DNA of 37,008 nt from Chlorobiota bacterium (GTDB lineage: Bacteria; Bacteroidota; Bacteroidia; Flavobacteriales; Flavobacteriaceae): the NCBI GenBank assembly GCA_013151975.1, contig JAADHG010000096.1, positions 1 to 37,008 of the forward strand. The letters are read 5' to 3'. The notes under the pieces are model-generated. The model searched no databases. It was not told the DNA's origin and saw nothing but the letters and a program-made list of their open reading frames with translations. Of the stretch, positions 7,737-17,299 are shown piece by piece. Each line of letters begins with the position of its first letter. The first letter of the stretch is position 1. The position numbers were made by a program, and so were the translations under genes.

Positions 7737-9071
7737 ATGAAAAAATCGTACCAAAGTTTAGAAGGCAATTCAACTAACGATATGAAACAGGTGACACACC
7801 GCAATTTAATTACAAGACTTATACTTTCAGGGTTAATTCTTTTACTTACATACTCAACAGCATTTGCTCAAGGCGACCCAGTAACTGGAAAAATATTATT
7901 TAACACAAATTGTGCAGCTTGTCATAATCTTGATAAAAAAATGACAGGTCCAGCACTACGAGGTGTTGAAGCTCGATTGAGTGATGACCAAGGCTTAGAT
8001 AGAGATTGGATTAATGCATGGATTAGAAATAGTTCAGCAGTTATAAAGTCTGGTGATGCATATGCAGTAAAGATTTATGCTGAATATAATAATGCAGCGA
8101 TGACGGCAATGCCTCAGCTTTCGGATGAAGATATTGATAATATTCTAGCCTATACAGCTCAAGAAAAAGTAGCACCTTCTGGAGGAGGAGAGATCGCTAC
8201 TACTCAAACTAGTGGTGGGCAAAATAAAGGCGGGATATCAAATGAGCTAATTCTAGGTGCTTTAGCAATATTATTTATGTTGCTTGCGCTTGGTTTAATA
8301 ATGGTTAATAAAACATTACGTCGTTTTGCTAATGCTAACAACATAGATATTCCAGAAGAAGGACAAAGAAAGTCGCTTTGGAAAGCGTTTATTAAAAACC
8401 AATTTTTACTTCTTGTTATAACCATATTTTTCTTACTAACAAGCGCATATTATGTGTTTGGATATTTAATGCAAATAGGTGTAGATCAAGGATATCAACC
8501 AGTGCAACCAATACATTTTTCACATAAAATTCATGCTGGAGATAATAAGATAGATTGTAAATTTTGCCATTCATCAGCACGCGTAAGTAAAACCTCTGGA
8601 ATTCCTTCATTAAATGTATGTATGAATTGTCATAAATCTATTTATGAATATACAGGAGAAACTACTGCAGAATATACAAAAGAGTTTTATGATGCTGAGA
8701 TTATGAAATTATACAAAGCCGTTGGTTGGAGTGATGAGGATCAACAGTATACAGGAGAAACTCAACCAATAAAATGGGTAAGAATACATAATCTTCCAGA
8801 TTTTGTGTATTATAATCATTCACAACATGTAACTGTTGCAGGTCTAGAATGTCAAACCTGTCATGGTCCAGTAGAAACCATGGAAGAAGTATATCAATAC
8901 TCTCCTTTAACAATGGTTTGGTGTTTAGATTGTCATAAAAAAACAAACCTAAAAACCAAGGGAAACGCGTATTACACAAAAATACATGAAGAACTAGCAA
9001 AGAAATATGGAGTTGATAAATTTACTGTTAAAGATAACGGTGGATTAGAATGCGGAAAATGTCATTATTAA
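7737..9071 (+). CDS. actA: Alternative complex III subunit ActA: multihaem cytochrome c with an extra N-terminal monohaem cytochrome c domain
   Basis: Six CxxCH motifs are present. CAACH sits in the N-terminal domain. CKFCH, CMNCH, CQTCH, CLDCH and CGKCH sit in the C-terminal pentahaem part. The start is uncertain: the longest ORF begins at 7689, ATG 7737 (MKKSYQ) is used here, and ATG 7782 (MKQVTHRNLITRLILSGLILLLTYSTAFAQ) directly precedes a signal-like segment. Confidence 0.85.
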   Translation: MKKSYQSLEGNSTNDMKQVTHRNLITRLILSGLILLLTYSTAFAQGDPVTGKILFNTNCAACHNLDKKMTGPALRGVEARLSDDQGLDRDWINAWIRNSSAVIKSGDAYAVKIYAEYNNAAMTAMPQLSDEDIDNILAYTAQEKVAPSGGGEIATTQTSGGQNKGGISNELILGALAILFMLLALGLIMVNKTLRRFANANNIDIPEEGQRKSLWKAFIKNQFLLLVITIFFLLTSAYYVFGYLMQIGVDQGYQPVQPIHFSHKIHAGDNKIDCKFCHSSARVSKTSGIPSLNVCMNCHKSIYEYTGETTAEYTKEFYDAEIMKLYKAVGWSDEDQQYTGETQPIKWVRIHNLPDFVYYNHSQHVTVAGLECQTCHGPVETMEEVYQYSPLTMVWCLDCHKKTNLKTKGNAYYTKIHEELAKKYGVDKFTVKDNGGLECGKCHY

Positions 9072-9100
9072 TAAATTAAAGAAGTTAATTAAAATATAAT

Positions 9101-12100
9101 ATGTCATCAAACAAGAAATACTGGAAAAGTGTTGAAGAGCTAAACAAAGACAATAGCTCTATGATTGAGGCGCTAAAGCATAAAGAGTTTGTACAAGAGA
9201 TCCCTATTGATGAGTTTTTAGGAGATAAAGACACTTTAGAGTCATCTTCAACTACACGTCGTGATTTCTTAAAGTACGTAGGCTTCAGTACAGCTGCTGC
9301 ATCATTAGCCGCTTGTGAAGGGCCCGTGATTAAATCAATTCCTTATGTAGTACAGCCAGAACAAATTATTCCTGGTATAGCAAACTATTACGCAACAGCA
9401 ATTGCAAACGGACATGATTTTGCTAGTATTTTGGTCAAGACTAGAGAAGGACGTCCAATAAAAATTGAAAATAATAATTTAGCATCTTCACATGGAAATG
9501 CTAATGCAAGAGTTAATGCTTCGGTTTTAGATTTATATGACAGCCTTAGAGTGGCACAACCTAAAAAGGATGGAGAAGATAGTTCTTGGGATGAGTTTGA
9601 TACAGATACAACTCAAAAGCTAAATGCGCTTAGAGACTCAGGAAAGGAAATTGTATTGTTAACACAAACCTTTGCAAGCCCTTCTACATCTAGATTAATT
9701 TCTGAATTCAAAGAAAAGTACGGTAATGTTCGCCATGTAGTGTATGATGCTATTTCAGAGTCTGCAGCCATAGAGGCTTACCAAAATAAATATGGAGAAC
9801 GTGGTTTAGCTAATTACGACTTCTCTAAAGCAACTACTATTGTATCTATCGGTGCCGATTTCTTAGGAGACTGGCAAGGCGGTGGTTTTGATGCTGAGTA
9901 TGCAAAAGGACGTGTTCCTAAGCACGGCAAAATGTCTCGTCATATTCAGTTTGAATCTAACATGAGTTTAACAGGAGCTAATGCAGATAAGCGTGTGCCT
10001 TTAACACCTAGTCAGCAAAAAGTTACTCTAGCTAAATTGTATAGTAAAATTATTGGTAGTTCTGTTTCAGGAAATTTACCTGCACATATTGATGAAGCGG
10101 TTAGTAATGCTGCTTCAGAGTTAATAAAAGCAGGAAGTAATGGTGTAGTTGTTGCTGGAATTCAAGATGTAAATGCCCAAGCTATTATTTTGGCAATCAA
10201 CGAGAAATTAGGAAGTAAGGCGTTTGATACTAAGTCGCCTATAAAAACTAGACAAGGTGATGATAAAGCAGTTACTAAATTAGTAGCTGATATGAAAGCA
10301 GGGACTATTGGAGCAATTATTATGAGTGGTGTAAACCCTATGTACACCTTACCTAATGCATCAGAGTTTGCAGAAGGATTACAAAATACAGAGTTATCGG
10401 TTACATTTTCTATGAAAGAAGATGAAACATCTTCTCTAACACAATATATAGCCGCAGCACCACATTACCTAGAGTCTTGGGGAGATGTAGAAATAATTAA
10501 AGGACAGTATGGGTTAATGCAACCTACAATTCGTCCGTTATTTGATACCAGACAATTTCAAGACGCATTATTAATGTGGAATGGTAGTGATGTAAGCTAT
10601 CATGATTATATAAAAACGAATTGGGAAAATACTATTCTTAACGGTTCTTCTTGGAATACAGCATTACACGATGGTGTCTTTGTAGGAAGTACAACTGCTA
10701 CTGAAAATACAGTAGAAACTTCCGAAGTTTCAGAAGAAGCAAATACAAGTGTAGATGAAGAAGCAAGAGTACTGGCTTCAGCAACATCAAATGGTTTTGA
10801 ATTGACCTTGTATCCTAAAACAGGAATGGGAGATGGCCAACAAGCTAACAACCCTTGGTTGCAAGAGTTTCCAGACCCATTAACAAGAACAACTTGGGAT
10901 AATTATGTAACAGTATCTGAGGCTGATGCAAACGAGTTAGGATTAAAGAATACACATGTTGCTACTGGAGCACTAAACGGAAGCTATGCTAATATTACTG
11001 CAAATGGAGTAACTGTAAAAGCACCGGTAATTATCCAGCCAGGGCAAGCAAAAGGCACAATAGGTTTGTCATTTGGATATGGTAGAACAACTGGGTTAAA
11101 AGCGGAAATGCAAACGGGTGTTAATGCATATACTTTATATAACGATTTTAATACTGTACAAAACGTAACTATTGAAGTTGCTTTAGGTGAACATGAATTT
11201 GCTTGTGTTCAGTTACAAAACACCTTAATGGGTCGTGGAGATATTATTCATGAAACAACATTAGAAGTATTTAATTCTAAAGATCACAGAGAATGGAATC
11301 CAATGCCGCAAGTATCTAAAGATCATGTTATGATTGATGTTACTTCACCAGACGCAAATCTTTGGACAGAGTTTGATTCTTCAATAGGACACCATTTTAA
11401 TTTATCCATAGATTTAAATGCCTGTACAGGTTGTGGCGCATGTATTATTGCATGCCATACCGAAAATAATGTACCAGTAGTTGGTAAAGAAGAAGTTCGT
11501 CGTAGCAGAGATATGCATTGGTTGCGTATTGATAGATATTATTCTTCAGAAGATACGTTTAATAATGATAACGAGAAGAAAGATAACAGTAAAGGATTAG
11601 GTAACACACTAACCGCTTTTGCCGAACTGGAGAACCCTTCGGAAAATCCACAAGTAGCTTTCCAACCAATTATGTGTCAGCATTGTAATCATGCACCATG
11701 CGAAACAGTTTGTCCAGTTGCAGCTATATCTCATGGTCGCCAAGGGCAAAATCAAATGATTTATAACCGTTGTGTTGGAACAAGATATTGCGCAAATAAC
11801 TGTCCTTATAAAGTACGTCGTTTTAATTGGTTCCTATATAATGAAAATGATGAATTTGATTTCCATATGAATGATGATTTAGGACGTATGGTTATTAATC
11901 CAGATGTTGTAGTACGTTCTCGTGGTGTTATGGAAAAATGTTCTATGTGTATTCAAATAACACAAAAAACTATTCTTGATGCAAAACGAGATGGAAGAGA
12001 AGTGAAACCAAACGAATTTAAAACAGCATGTTCTGCTGCGTGTAGCTCTGGCGCAATGGTTTTTGGAGATATTAATAATGAGCATGATGATATTGTTGGT

Positions 12101-12199
12101 TTGAAAGATGATGATAGAGCGTACCATTTATTAGAAAGTGTAGGAACAAAACCAAATGTAGTATATCAAACATTAGTTAGAAATACAAACGAAGCATAA
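9101..12199 (+). CDS. actB: Alternative complex III subunit ActB (molybdopterin-oxidoreductase-like domain fused to a 4Fe-4S ferredoxin-like domain)
   Basis: 1032 aa. It carries the twin-arginine motif TTRRDFLKY followed by LAAC. Cys clusters: CTGCGACIIAC, CQHCNHAPCETVCP, CVGTRYCANNCP, CSMC. Confidence 0.88.
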   Translation: MSSNKKYWKSVEELNKDNSSMIEALKHKEFVQEIPIDEFLGDKDTLESSSTTRRDFLKYVGFSTAAASLAACEGPVIKSIPYVVQPEQIIPGIANYYATAIANGHDFASILVKTREGRPIKIENNNLASSHGNANARVNASVLDLYDSLRVAQPKKDGEDSSWDEFDTDTTQKLNALRDSGKEIVLLTQTFASPSTSRLISEFKEKYGNVRHVVYDAISESAAIEAYQNKYGERGLANYDFSKATTIVSIGADFLGDWQGGGFDAEYAKGRVPKHGKMSRHIQFESNMSLTGANADKRVPLTPSQQKVTLAKLYSKIIGSSVSGNLPAHIDEAVSNAASELIKAGSNGVVVAGIQDVNAQAIILAINEKLGSKAFDTKSPIKTRQGDDKAVTKLVADMKAGTIGAIIMSGVNPMYTLPNASEFAEGLQNTELSVTFSMKEDETSSLTQYIAAAPHYLESWGDVEIIKGQYGLMQPTIRPLFDTRQFQDALLMWNGSDVSYHDYIKTNWENTILNGSSWNTALHDGVFVGSTTATENTVETSEVSEEANTSVDEEARVLASATSNGFELTLYPKTGMGDGQQANNPWLQEFPDPLTRTTWDNYVTVSEADANELGLKNTHVATGALNGSYANITANGVTVKAPVIIQPGQAKGTIGLSFGYGRTTGLKAEMQTGVNAYTLYNDFNTVQNVTIEVALGEHEFACVQLQNTLMGRGDIIHETTLEVFNSKDHREWNPMPQVSKDHVMIDVTSPDANLWTEFDSSIGHHFNLSIDLNACTGCGACIIACHTENNVPVVGKEEVRRSRDMHWLRIDRYYSSEDTFNNDNEKKDNSKGLGNTLTAFAELENPSENPQVAFQPIMCQHCNHAPCETVCPVAAISHGRQGQNQMIYNRCVGTRYCANNCPYKVRRFNWFLYNENDEFDFHMNDDLGRMVINPDVVVRSRGVMEKCSMCIQITQKTILDAKRDGREVKPNEFKTACSAACSSGAMVFGDINNEHDDIVGLKDDDRAYHLLESVGTKPNVVYQTLVRNTNEA

Positions 12200-12227
12200 A
12201 TTAATTAAGTAACAATTATAAAAAATT

Positions 12228-13688
12228 ATGGCGTCTCATTACGAAGCACCTATTAGAAGACCTTTAGTACTCGGAGAAAAATCGTACCACGATGTAAGTG
12301 TGGACATAGCCGCTCCAATAGAAGGAAAAGCAAATAAATCTTGGTGGATAGTTTTTTCTATAGCACTGGCAGCTTTTCTTTGGGGAGTTGGTTGTATAAT
12401 TTACACAATATCCACGGGTATTGGTACTTGGGGATTAAACAAAACCGTTGAATGGGCTTGGGATATTACTAATTTTGTTTGGTGGGTAGGTATTGGTCAT
12501 GCAGGAACTCTTATTTCTGCAGTACTATTACTGTTCCGTCAAAAATGGAGAATGGGAATAAACCGATCGGCAGAGGCTATGACAATTTTCTCGGTAATTC
12601 AAGCTGCGATATTCCCTATTATACACATGGGTAGACCTTGGTTAGCCTACTGGGTATTACCAATTCCAAATCAATTTGGATCGCTTTGGGTAAACTTTAA
12701 CTCACCTTTACTTTGGGATGTATTTGCAATTTCTACATACCTATCTGTATCATTAGTATTCTGGTGGACAGGTTTATTACCAGATTTTGCAATGATTAGA
12801 GATAGAGCTGTAAAACCTTTTCAAAAGAAAATTTATAGCTTATTAAGCTTTGGTTGGACTGGTAGAGCAAAAGATTGGCAACGTTTTGAAGAAGTATCTT
12901 TAGTGCTTGCTGGTTTAGCAACACCATTAGTACTTTCAGTACACACTATTGTATCTTATGATTTTGCTACGTCTATTGTACCTGGGTGGCACACAACCAT
13001 TTTTCCACCTTATTTTGTTGCGGGAGCAGTATTTTCTGGTTTTGCTATGGTAAATACGCTGCTTATTATTATGAGAAAAGTGAGTAATTTAGAAGATTAT
13101 ATTACCGTACAACACATCGAGTTAATGAATATTGTAATTATGATTACAGGTTCTATTGTTGGTGTGGCCTATATTACTGAGTTGTTTATTGCATGGTATT
13201 CTGGAGTAGAATATGAACAATATGCTTTCTTGAATAGAGCAACAGGGCCTTATGCTTGGGCATATTGGATTATGATGAGTTGTAATGTGTTTTCACCTCA
13301 ATTTATGTGGTTTAAAAAATTACGAACAAGTATTATGTTTTCATTCTTTATCTCAATTGTAGTAAATATAGGAATGTGGTTTGAACGATTTGTAATTATT
13401 GTAACCTCACTACATAGAGATTACTTACCATCATCTTGGACTATGTTTTCACCAACATTTGTAGATATAGGAACATTTATTGGAACGATAGGATTTTTCT
13501 TTGTATTATTTTTATTATACGCAAGAACATTCCCTGTAATAGCGCAAGCGGAAGTAAAAACCATTTTAAAATCTTCGGGAGAACGCTATAAAAGAATAAG
13601 AGAAGCTGGAAAAAGTTTAGTTGGTACTGGAGCCGATAAAAGAACATCGAACGTTGCAGAGGATAATTCAAAAAATTTAAAAAACTAA
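12228..13688 (+). CDS. actC: Alternative complex III subunit ActC (NrfD/PsrC-like polytopic quinol-interacting membrane subunit)
   Basis: 486 aa and highly hydrophobic, with Trp-rich helices. It follows actB in the canonical ACIII gene order. Confidence 0.85.
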   Translation: MASHYEAPIRRPLVLGEKSYHDVSVDIAAPIEGKANKSWWIVFSIALAAFLWGVGCIIYTISTGIGTWGLNKTVEWAWDITNFVWWVGIGHAGTLISAVLLLFRQKWRMGINRSAEAMTIFSVIQAAIFPIIHMGRPWLAYWVLPIPNQFGSLWVNFNSPLLWDVFAISTYLSVSLVFWWTGLLPDFAMIRDRAVKPFQKKIYSLLSFGWTGRAKDWQRFEEVSLVLAGLATPLVLSVHTIVSYDFATSIVPGWHTTIFPPYFVAGAVFSGFAMVNTLLIIMRKVSNLEDYITVQHIELMNIVIMITGSIVGVAYITELFIAWYSGVEYEQYAFLNRATGPYAWAYWIMMSCNVFSPQFMWFKKLRTSIMFSFFISIVVNIGMWFERFVIIVTSLHRDYLPSSWTMFSPTFVDIGTFIGTIGFFFVLFLLYARTFPVIAQAEVKTILKSSGERYKRIREAGKSLVGTGADKRTSNVAEDNSKNLKN

Positions 13689-13696
13689 GATAGCAT

Positions 13697-14230
13697 ATGG
13701 AAACTTCAAAAGTAATTCACGCTATTTATACAGATGACGATGTGTTAATGGCTGCCGTTAAAAAGGTAAAAGCTGAAAGACATCACATAGAAGAAATATA
13801 CACACCTTTTCCAGTACATGGATTAGACAAAGCTATGGGATTGGCACCAACGCGAATTGCCATTACATCATTCATATATGGATGTATAGGATTAATCGTA
13901 TCTATCTGGATGATGAATTATATGATGATTCAAGACTGGCCACAAAATATAGGAGGGAAACCAAGTTTTAGTTATATTGAGAATATGCCTGCTTTTGTGC
14001 CAATTATGTTTGAGTTAACTGTGTTTTTCGCAGCGCATTTAATGGTTATTACTTTTTATTTACGTAGTAGAATGTGGCCATTTAAAAAAGCTGAAAACCC
14101 AGACCCAAGAACAACAGATGATCATTTTTTAATGGAACTTGCAGTACACGGAAATGAAAAAGAACTCGAGAATTTACTTAAAGAAACAGGAGCAGTTGAA
14201 ATTAATATAGTAGAAAAAGAAGCACATTAA
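13697..14230 (+). CDS. actD: Alternative complex III subunit ActD (DUF3341-type)
   Basis: 177 aa with two central hydrophobic helices. Called from its position between actC and the monohaem actE. Confidence 0.75.
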   Translation: METSKVIHAIYTDDDVLMAAVKKVKAERHHIEEIYTPFPVHGLDKAMGLAPTRIAITSFIYGCIGLIVSIWMMNYMMIQDWPQNIGGKPSFSYIENMPAFVPIMFELTVFFAAHLMVITFYLRSRMWPFKKAENPDPRTTDDHFLMELAVHGNEKELENLLKETGAVEINIVEKEAH

Positions 14231-14236
14231 TATATT

Positions 14237-14794
14237 ATGAAGAGCTTAATTAAAATATTAGTAGTGGCAGTTATGATAAGTTTCGTTTTTTCTTGTAAAA
14301 ACAATTTAGTACCAAATTATCAATACATGCCAAATATGTATCAATCTGTTGGCTATGAGGCTTATGGAGGGTATCAAGTTTTTCCAAATGAACAATCGGC
14401 AATGTTACCAGCTGAAGGAACAATTGCAAGAGGACACTCCTTATTTGAATATAAAAACACAAATGAAGATTTTCTAAGAGCAAAAGTTGAATTAATGAGT
14501 CCATTAGATTCAACTCAAGTAGACCTCACAAAAGGAAAAGAGTTATTCGATATTTACTGTAGTATTTGTCACGGTAAAAAAGGAAACGGTCAAGGGACAT
14601 TGGTAAAAAGAGAGATTATGTTTGGAATACCAAGCTATGATGATGTAGGAAGAGCAATTACTACAGGGGGAATTTACCATACTATATATTATGGAAAAAA
14701 CGCAATGGGTTCTTATGCAAATCAATTAAGAGAGGAAGAGCGTTGGCAAGTAGTAGCATACGTTTTAAAGTTAAAAGCAGATTTAGAAAAATAA
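14237..14794 (+). CDS. actE: Alternative complex III subunit ActE (monohaem cytochrome c lipoprotein)
   Basis: 185 aa. Signal peptide with a lipobox-like VFSC. One haem motif, CSICH. Confidence 0.8.
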   Translation: MKSLIKILVVAVMISFVFSCKNNLVPNYQYMPNMYQSVGYEAYGGYQVFPNEQSAMLPAEGTIARGHSLFEYKNTNEDFLRAKVELMSPLDSTQVDLTKGKELFDIYCSICHGKKGNGQGTLVKREIMFGIPSYDDVGRAITTGGIYHTIYYGKNAMGSYANQLREEERWQVVAYVLKLKADLEK

Positions 14795-14820
14795 GATTTA
14801 GATAAAGTTTATATATAGAT

Positions 14821-16167
14821 ATGTACACATTCTCAAATAAATTAAAGACATTTTCTTTCATCTTAATGATATTAGGAGCATTAGGTGTTGGCTATGGTTT
14901 CATGACCTCCCATAAATCTTTTGAAGAAGTAGAAACAATACTTGCAGCAGAAAGCGCAGGTCATGGTGAAGGCCATGTAGAAGAAGCTTCTACAATGGAA
15001 ACTTCTCATGCTGATGATACACATGGCGATTCGGCAGAAGCGCAAGTTAATGAGCATAAAGAACATGTTGAACATGTTCAACATCAAATAGCAAACAGAC
15101 CTTGGTCTGCATTTTATGTAGCAGCATTCTTTTTTATGATGATAGCACTTGGTGTTTTAGCCTTTTATGCAGTACAATATGCATCACAGGCAGGATGGTC
15201 ACCAGTACTTTTTAGAGTTATGGAAGGCATTACGGCATATTTACTCCCTGGAGCACTAATAGTGTTAGCAATAGCTGTTGCTTCTGGAACTATTGGACAC
15301 TATAACTTATTTGTTTGGATGGATCCAGATGTTGTTGCTAATGATGAGATAATTCAAAATAAATCAGGGTTTTTAAATATAACATGGTTTACAATTCGAG
15401 GATTAATATTTATTACTGGTTGGAGTTTATATCGTTATTTTGCACGCAAGTTTTCAATAGCACAAGATACTGCCGAGGATAATAAAAATTTCAAGAAATC
15501 TTTCCGTATTGCAGCAGCATTTTTAGTGTTCTATATTTATACTGAGTCCATGATGTCTTGGGATTGGGTTATGAGTGTAGACCCACATTGGTTTAGTACT
15601 TTATTCGGATGGTATGTATTTGCCAGTATGATTGTAAGTGGTATTACCGTTATTGCACTTATAGCAATTTACTTAAGAACCAAAGGATATTTAGAATTTG
15701 TTAACGATAGTCATTTACACGATTTAGCAAAATACATGTTTGGGTTTAGTATTTTCTGGACGTACTTATGGTTCTCTCAGTTTATGTTAATTTGGTATGC
15801 CAACATACCAGAAGAAGTTACCTATTTTGTAACGAGAATTGAAGATTACAATTTACCATTTTTCGGTATGCTAGTTTTAAACTTTGTATTCCCAATATTG
15901 TTATTAATGAATAGTGATTTTAAACGTGTGCCATGGTTTATAGTATTAACAGGTATTGTTTTATTATTTGGCCACTATATTGATGTATTTATTATGATTA
16001 TGCCAGCAACAGTTGGTGATAGATGGTTTATAGGAATTCCAGAGATAAGTTCAGTATTATTATTTGCAGGATTATTTATGTTTATAGTATTTACAGCGTT
16101 AACAAAAGCGCCATTACTAGCTAAAAGAAATCCGTTTATCAAGGAAAGTGAACAATTCCATTATTAA
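14821..16167 (+). CDS. actF: Alternative complex III subunit ActF (polytopic membrane subunit)
   Basis: 448 aa with multiple TM helices, last gene of the act block. A His/acidic-rich loop follows the first helix. Confidence 0.75.
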   Translation: MYTFSNKLKTFSFILMILGALGVGYGFMTSHKSFEEVETILAAESAGHGEGHVEEASTMETSHADDTHGDSAEAQVNEHKEHVEHVQHQIANRPWSAFYVAAFFFMMIALGVLAFYAVQYASQAGWSPVLFRVMEGITAYLLPGALIVLAIAVASGTIGHYNLFVWMDPDVVANDEIIQNKSGFLNITWFTIRGLIFITGWSLYRYFARKFSIAQDTAEDNKNFKKSFRIAAAFLVFYIYTESMMSWDWVMSVDPHWFSTLFGWYVFASMIVSGITVIALIAIYLRTKGYLEFVNDSHLHDLAKYMFGFSIFWTYLWFSQFMLIWYANIPEEVTYFVTRIEDYNLPFFGMLVLNFVFPILLLMNSDFKRVPWFIVLTGIVLLFGHYIDVFIMIMPATVGDRWFIGIPEISSVLLFAGLFMFIVFTALTKAPLLAKRNPFIKESEQFHY

Positions 16168-16194
16168 TTAATAAAATAAAGACGAAAAACAACA

Positions 16195-17265
16195 ATGACT
16201 GCTTTATTAACAATTATAGTTTTAGTATTTATTACAATTGCCATTTGGCAAATGGTTAAGATCTTTGATTTGGCAAATGCTAATAAAGAGAACTCTCAAA
16301 TAGCCACTGATAAAGACAATCAAGTTAATGGATATTTAATGTTAGGCTTTTTAGCCTTCATTTATATTATTACAATAGTTTGTATTGTAAAATGGGGAGA
16401 CTTACCCTTACTGTCAAACTCTGCTTCAGAACATGGACCAAAGGTTGATAATTTAATGATTATCTCTTTTGCACTTTTGTTCTTTGTACAAACAGTTACA
16501 CAGTTTTTACTATATTATTTTGCATTTAAATACAAAGGAGAAAAAGGCAAGAAAGCAGTATTCTATGCAGATAATGATAAGTTAGAATTTATTTGGACAA
16601 TCATTCCTACAATAGTATTAGCTGGATTAATTATTTACGGATTATTTACGTGGTCAGATATCATGTTTATCGAGGAAGATGAAGACACTATAGTTATAGA
16701 ACTATACGCGCAGCAATTCAATTGGAAAGCAAGATATGCAGGAGAAGATAACGTACTTGGTAAGGCAAATGTTAGATTGATTAATCTTGATAATGCTAAT
16801 ATTTTAGGAGTTGATGAATCAGATCCTTATGCACAAGATGATATCATTACTACAGAATTACACTTGCCTGTTGGAAGACCTGTATTATTCAAAATGCGTT
16901 CACAAGACGTATTGCATTCTGCTTACATGCCTCACTTTAGAGCACAGATGAATTGTGTTCCTGGTATGATAACACAGTTTGGTTTTACACCAACAGTTAC
17001 TACAACTAATATGAGGCTAACATCACAAATGATTGATAAAGTAGCTAATATTAATAGAATTAGAACTGAAAAATCTAAAGCCTTAATTGCAAAGGGTGAA
17101 GAGGCATTAGAGCGCTATGAATTTGATTATTTGTTATTATGTAATAAAATTTGTGGAAAATCACACTACAATATGCAAATGAAAATTATTGTAGAGTCTC
17201 AAGAAGATTATGACGCTTGGATTAGTGAACAAAAGCTGTTCAAAAATTCATTGGTCCAAAATTAA
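16195..17265 (+). CDS. coxB: Cytochrome c oxidase subunit II (CuA subunit; no fused cytochrome c domain seen)
   Basis: 356 aa. N-terminal TM helices, a cupredoxin-like C-terminal domain with DVLHSAYMPHF, and CNKICGKSHYNM (CxxxCxxxHxxM CuA ligand pattern). Confidence 0.88.
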   Translation: MTALLTIIVLVFITIAIWQMVKIFDLANANKENSQIATDKDNQVNGYLMLGFLAFIYIITIVCIVKWGDLPLLSNSASEHGPKVDNLMIISFALLFFVQTVTQFLLYYFAFKYKGEKGKKAVFYADNDKLEFIWTIIPTIVLAGLIIYGLFTWSDIMFIEEDEDTIVIELYAQQFNWKARYAGEDNVLGKANVRLINLDNANILGVDESDPYAQDDIITTELHLPVGRPVLFKMRSQDVLHSAYMPHFRAQMNCVPGMITQFGFTPTVTTTNMRLTSQMIDKVANINRIRTEKSKALIAKGEEALERYEFDYLLLCNKICGKSHYNMQMKIIVESQEDYDAWISEQKLFKNSLVQN

Positions 17266-17299
17266 TTATAACTTAAAAAGAATAAAACACATATAGATT

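Noticed and set aside
8204-16167. Numerous 60-100 aa - strand ORFs inside actA, actB, actC, actE and actF (e.g. 8204..8425, 10606..10851, 11879..12127, 13477..13671, 14271..14513, 14881..15087)
   Set aside because: All are antisense to long genes with clear cofactor motifs. They are the shadow ORFs expected in AT-rich DNA.
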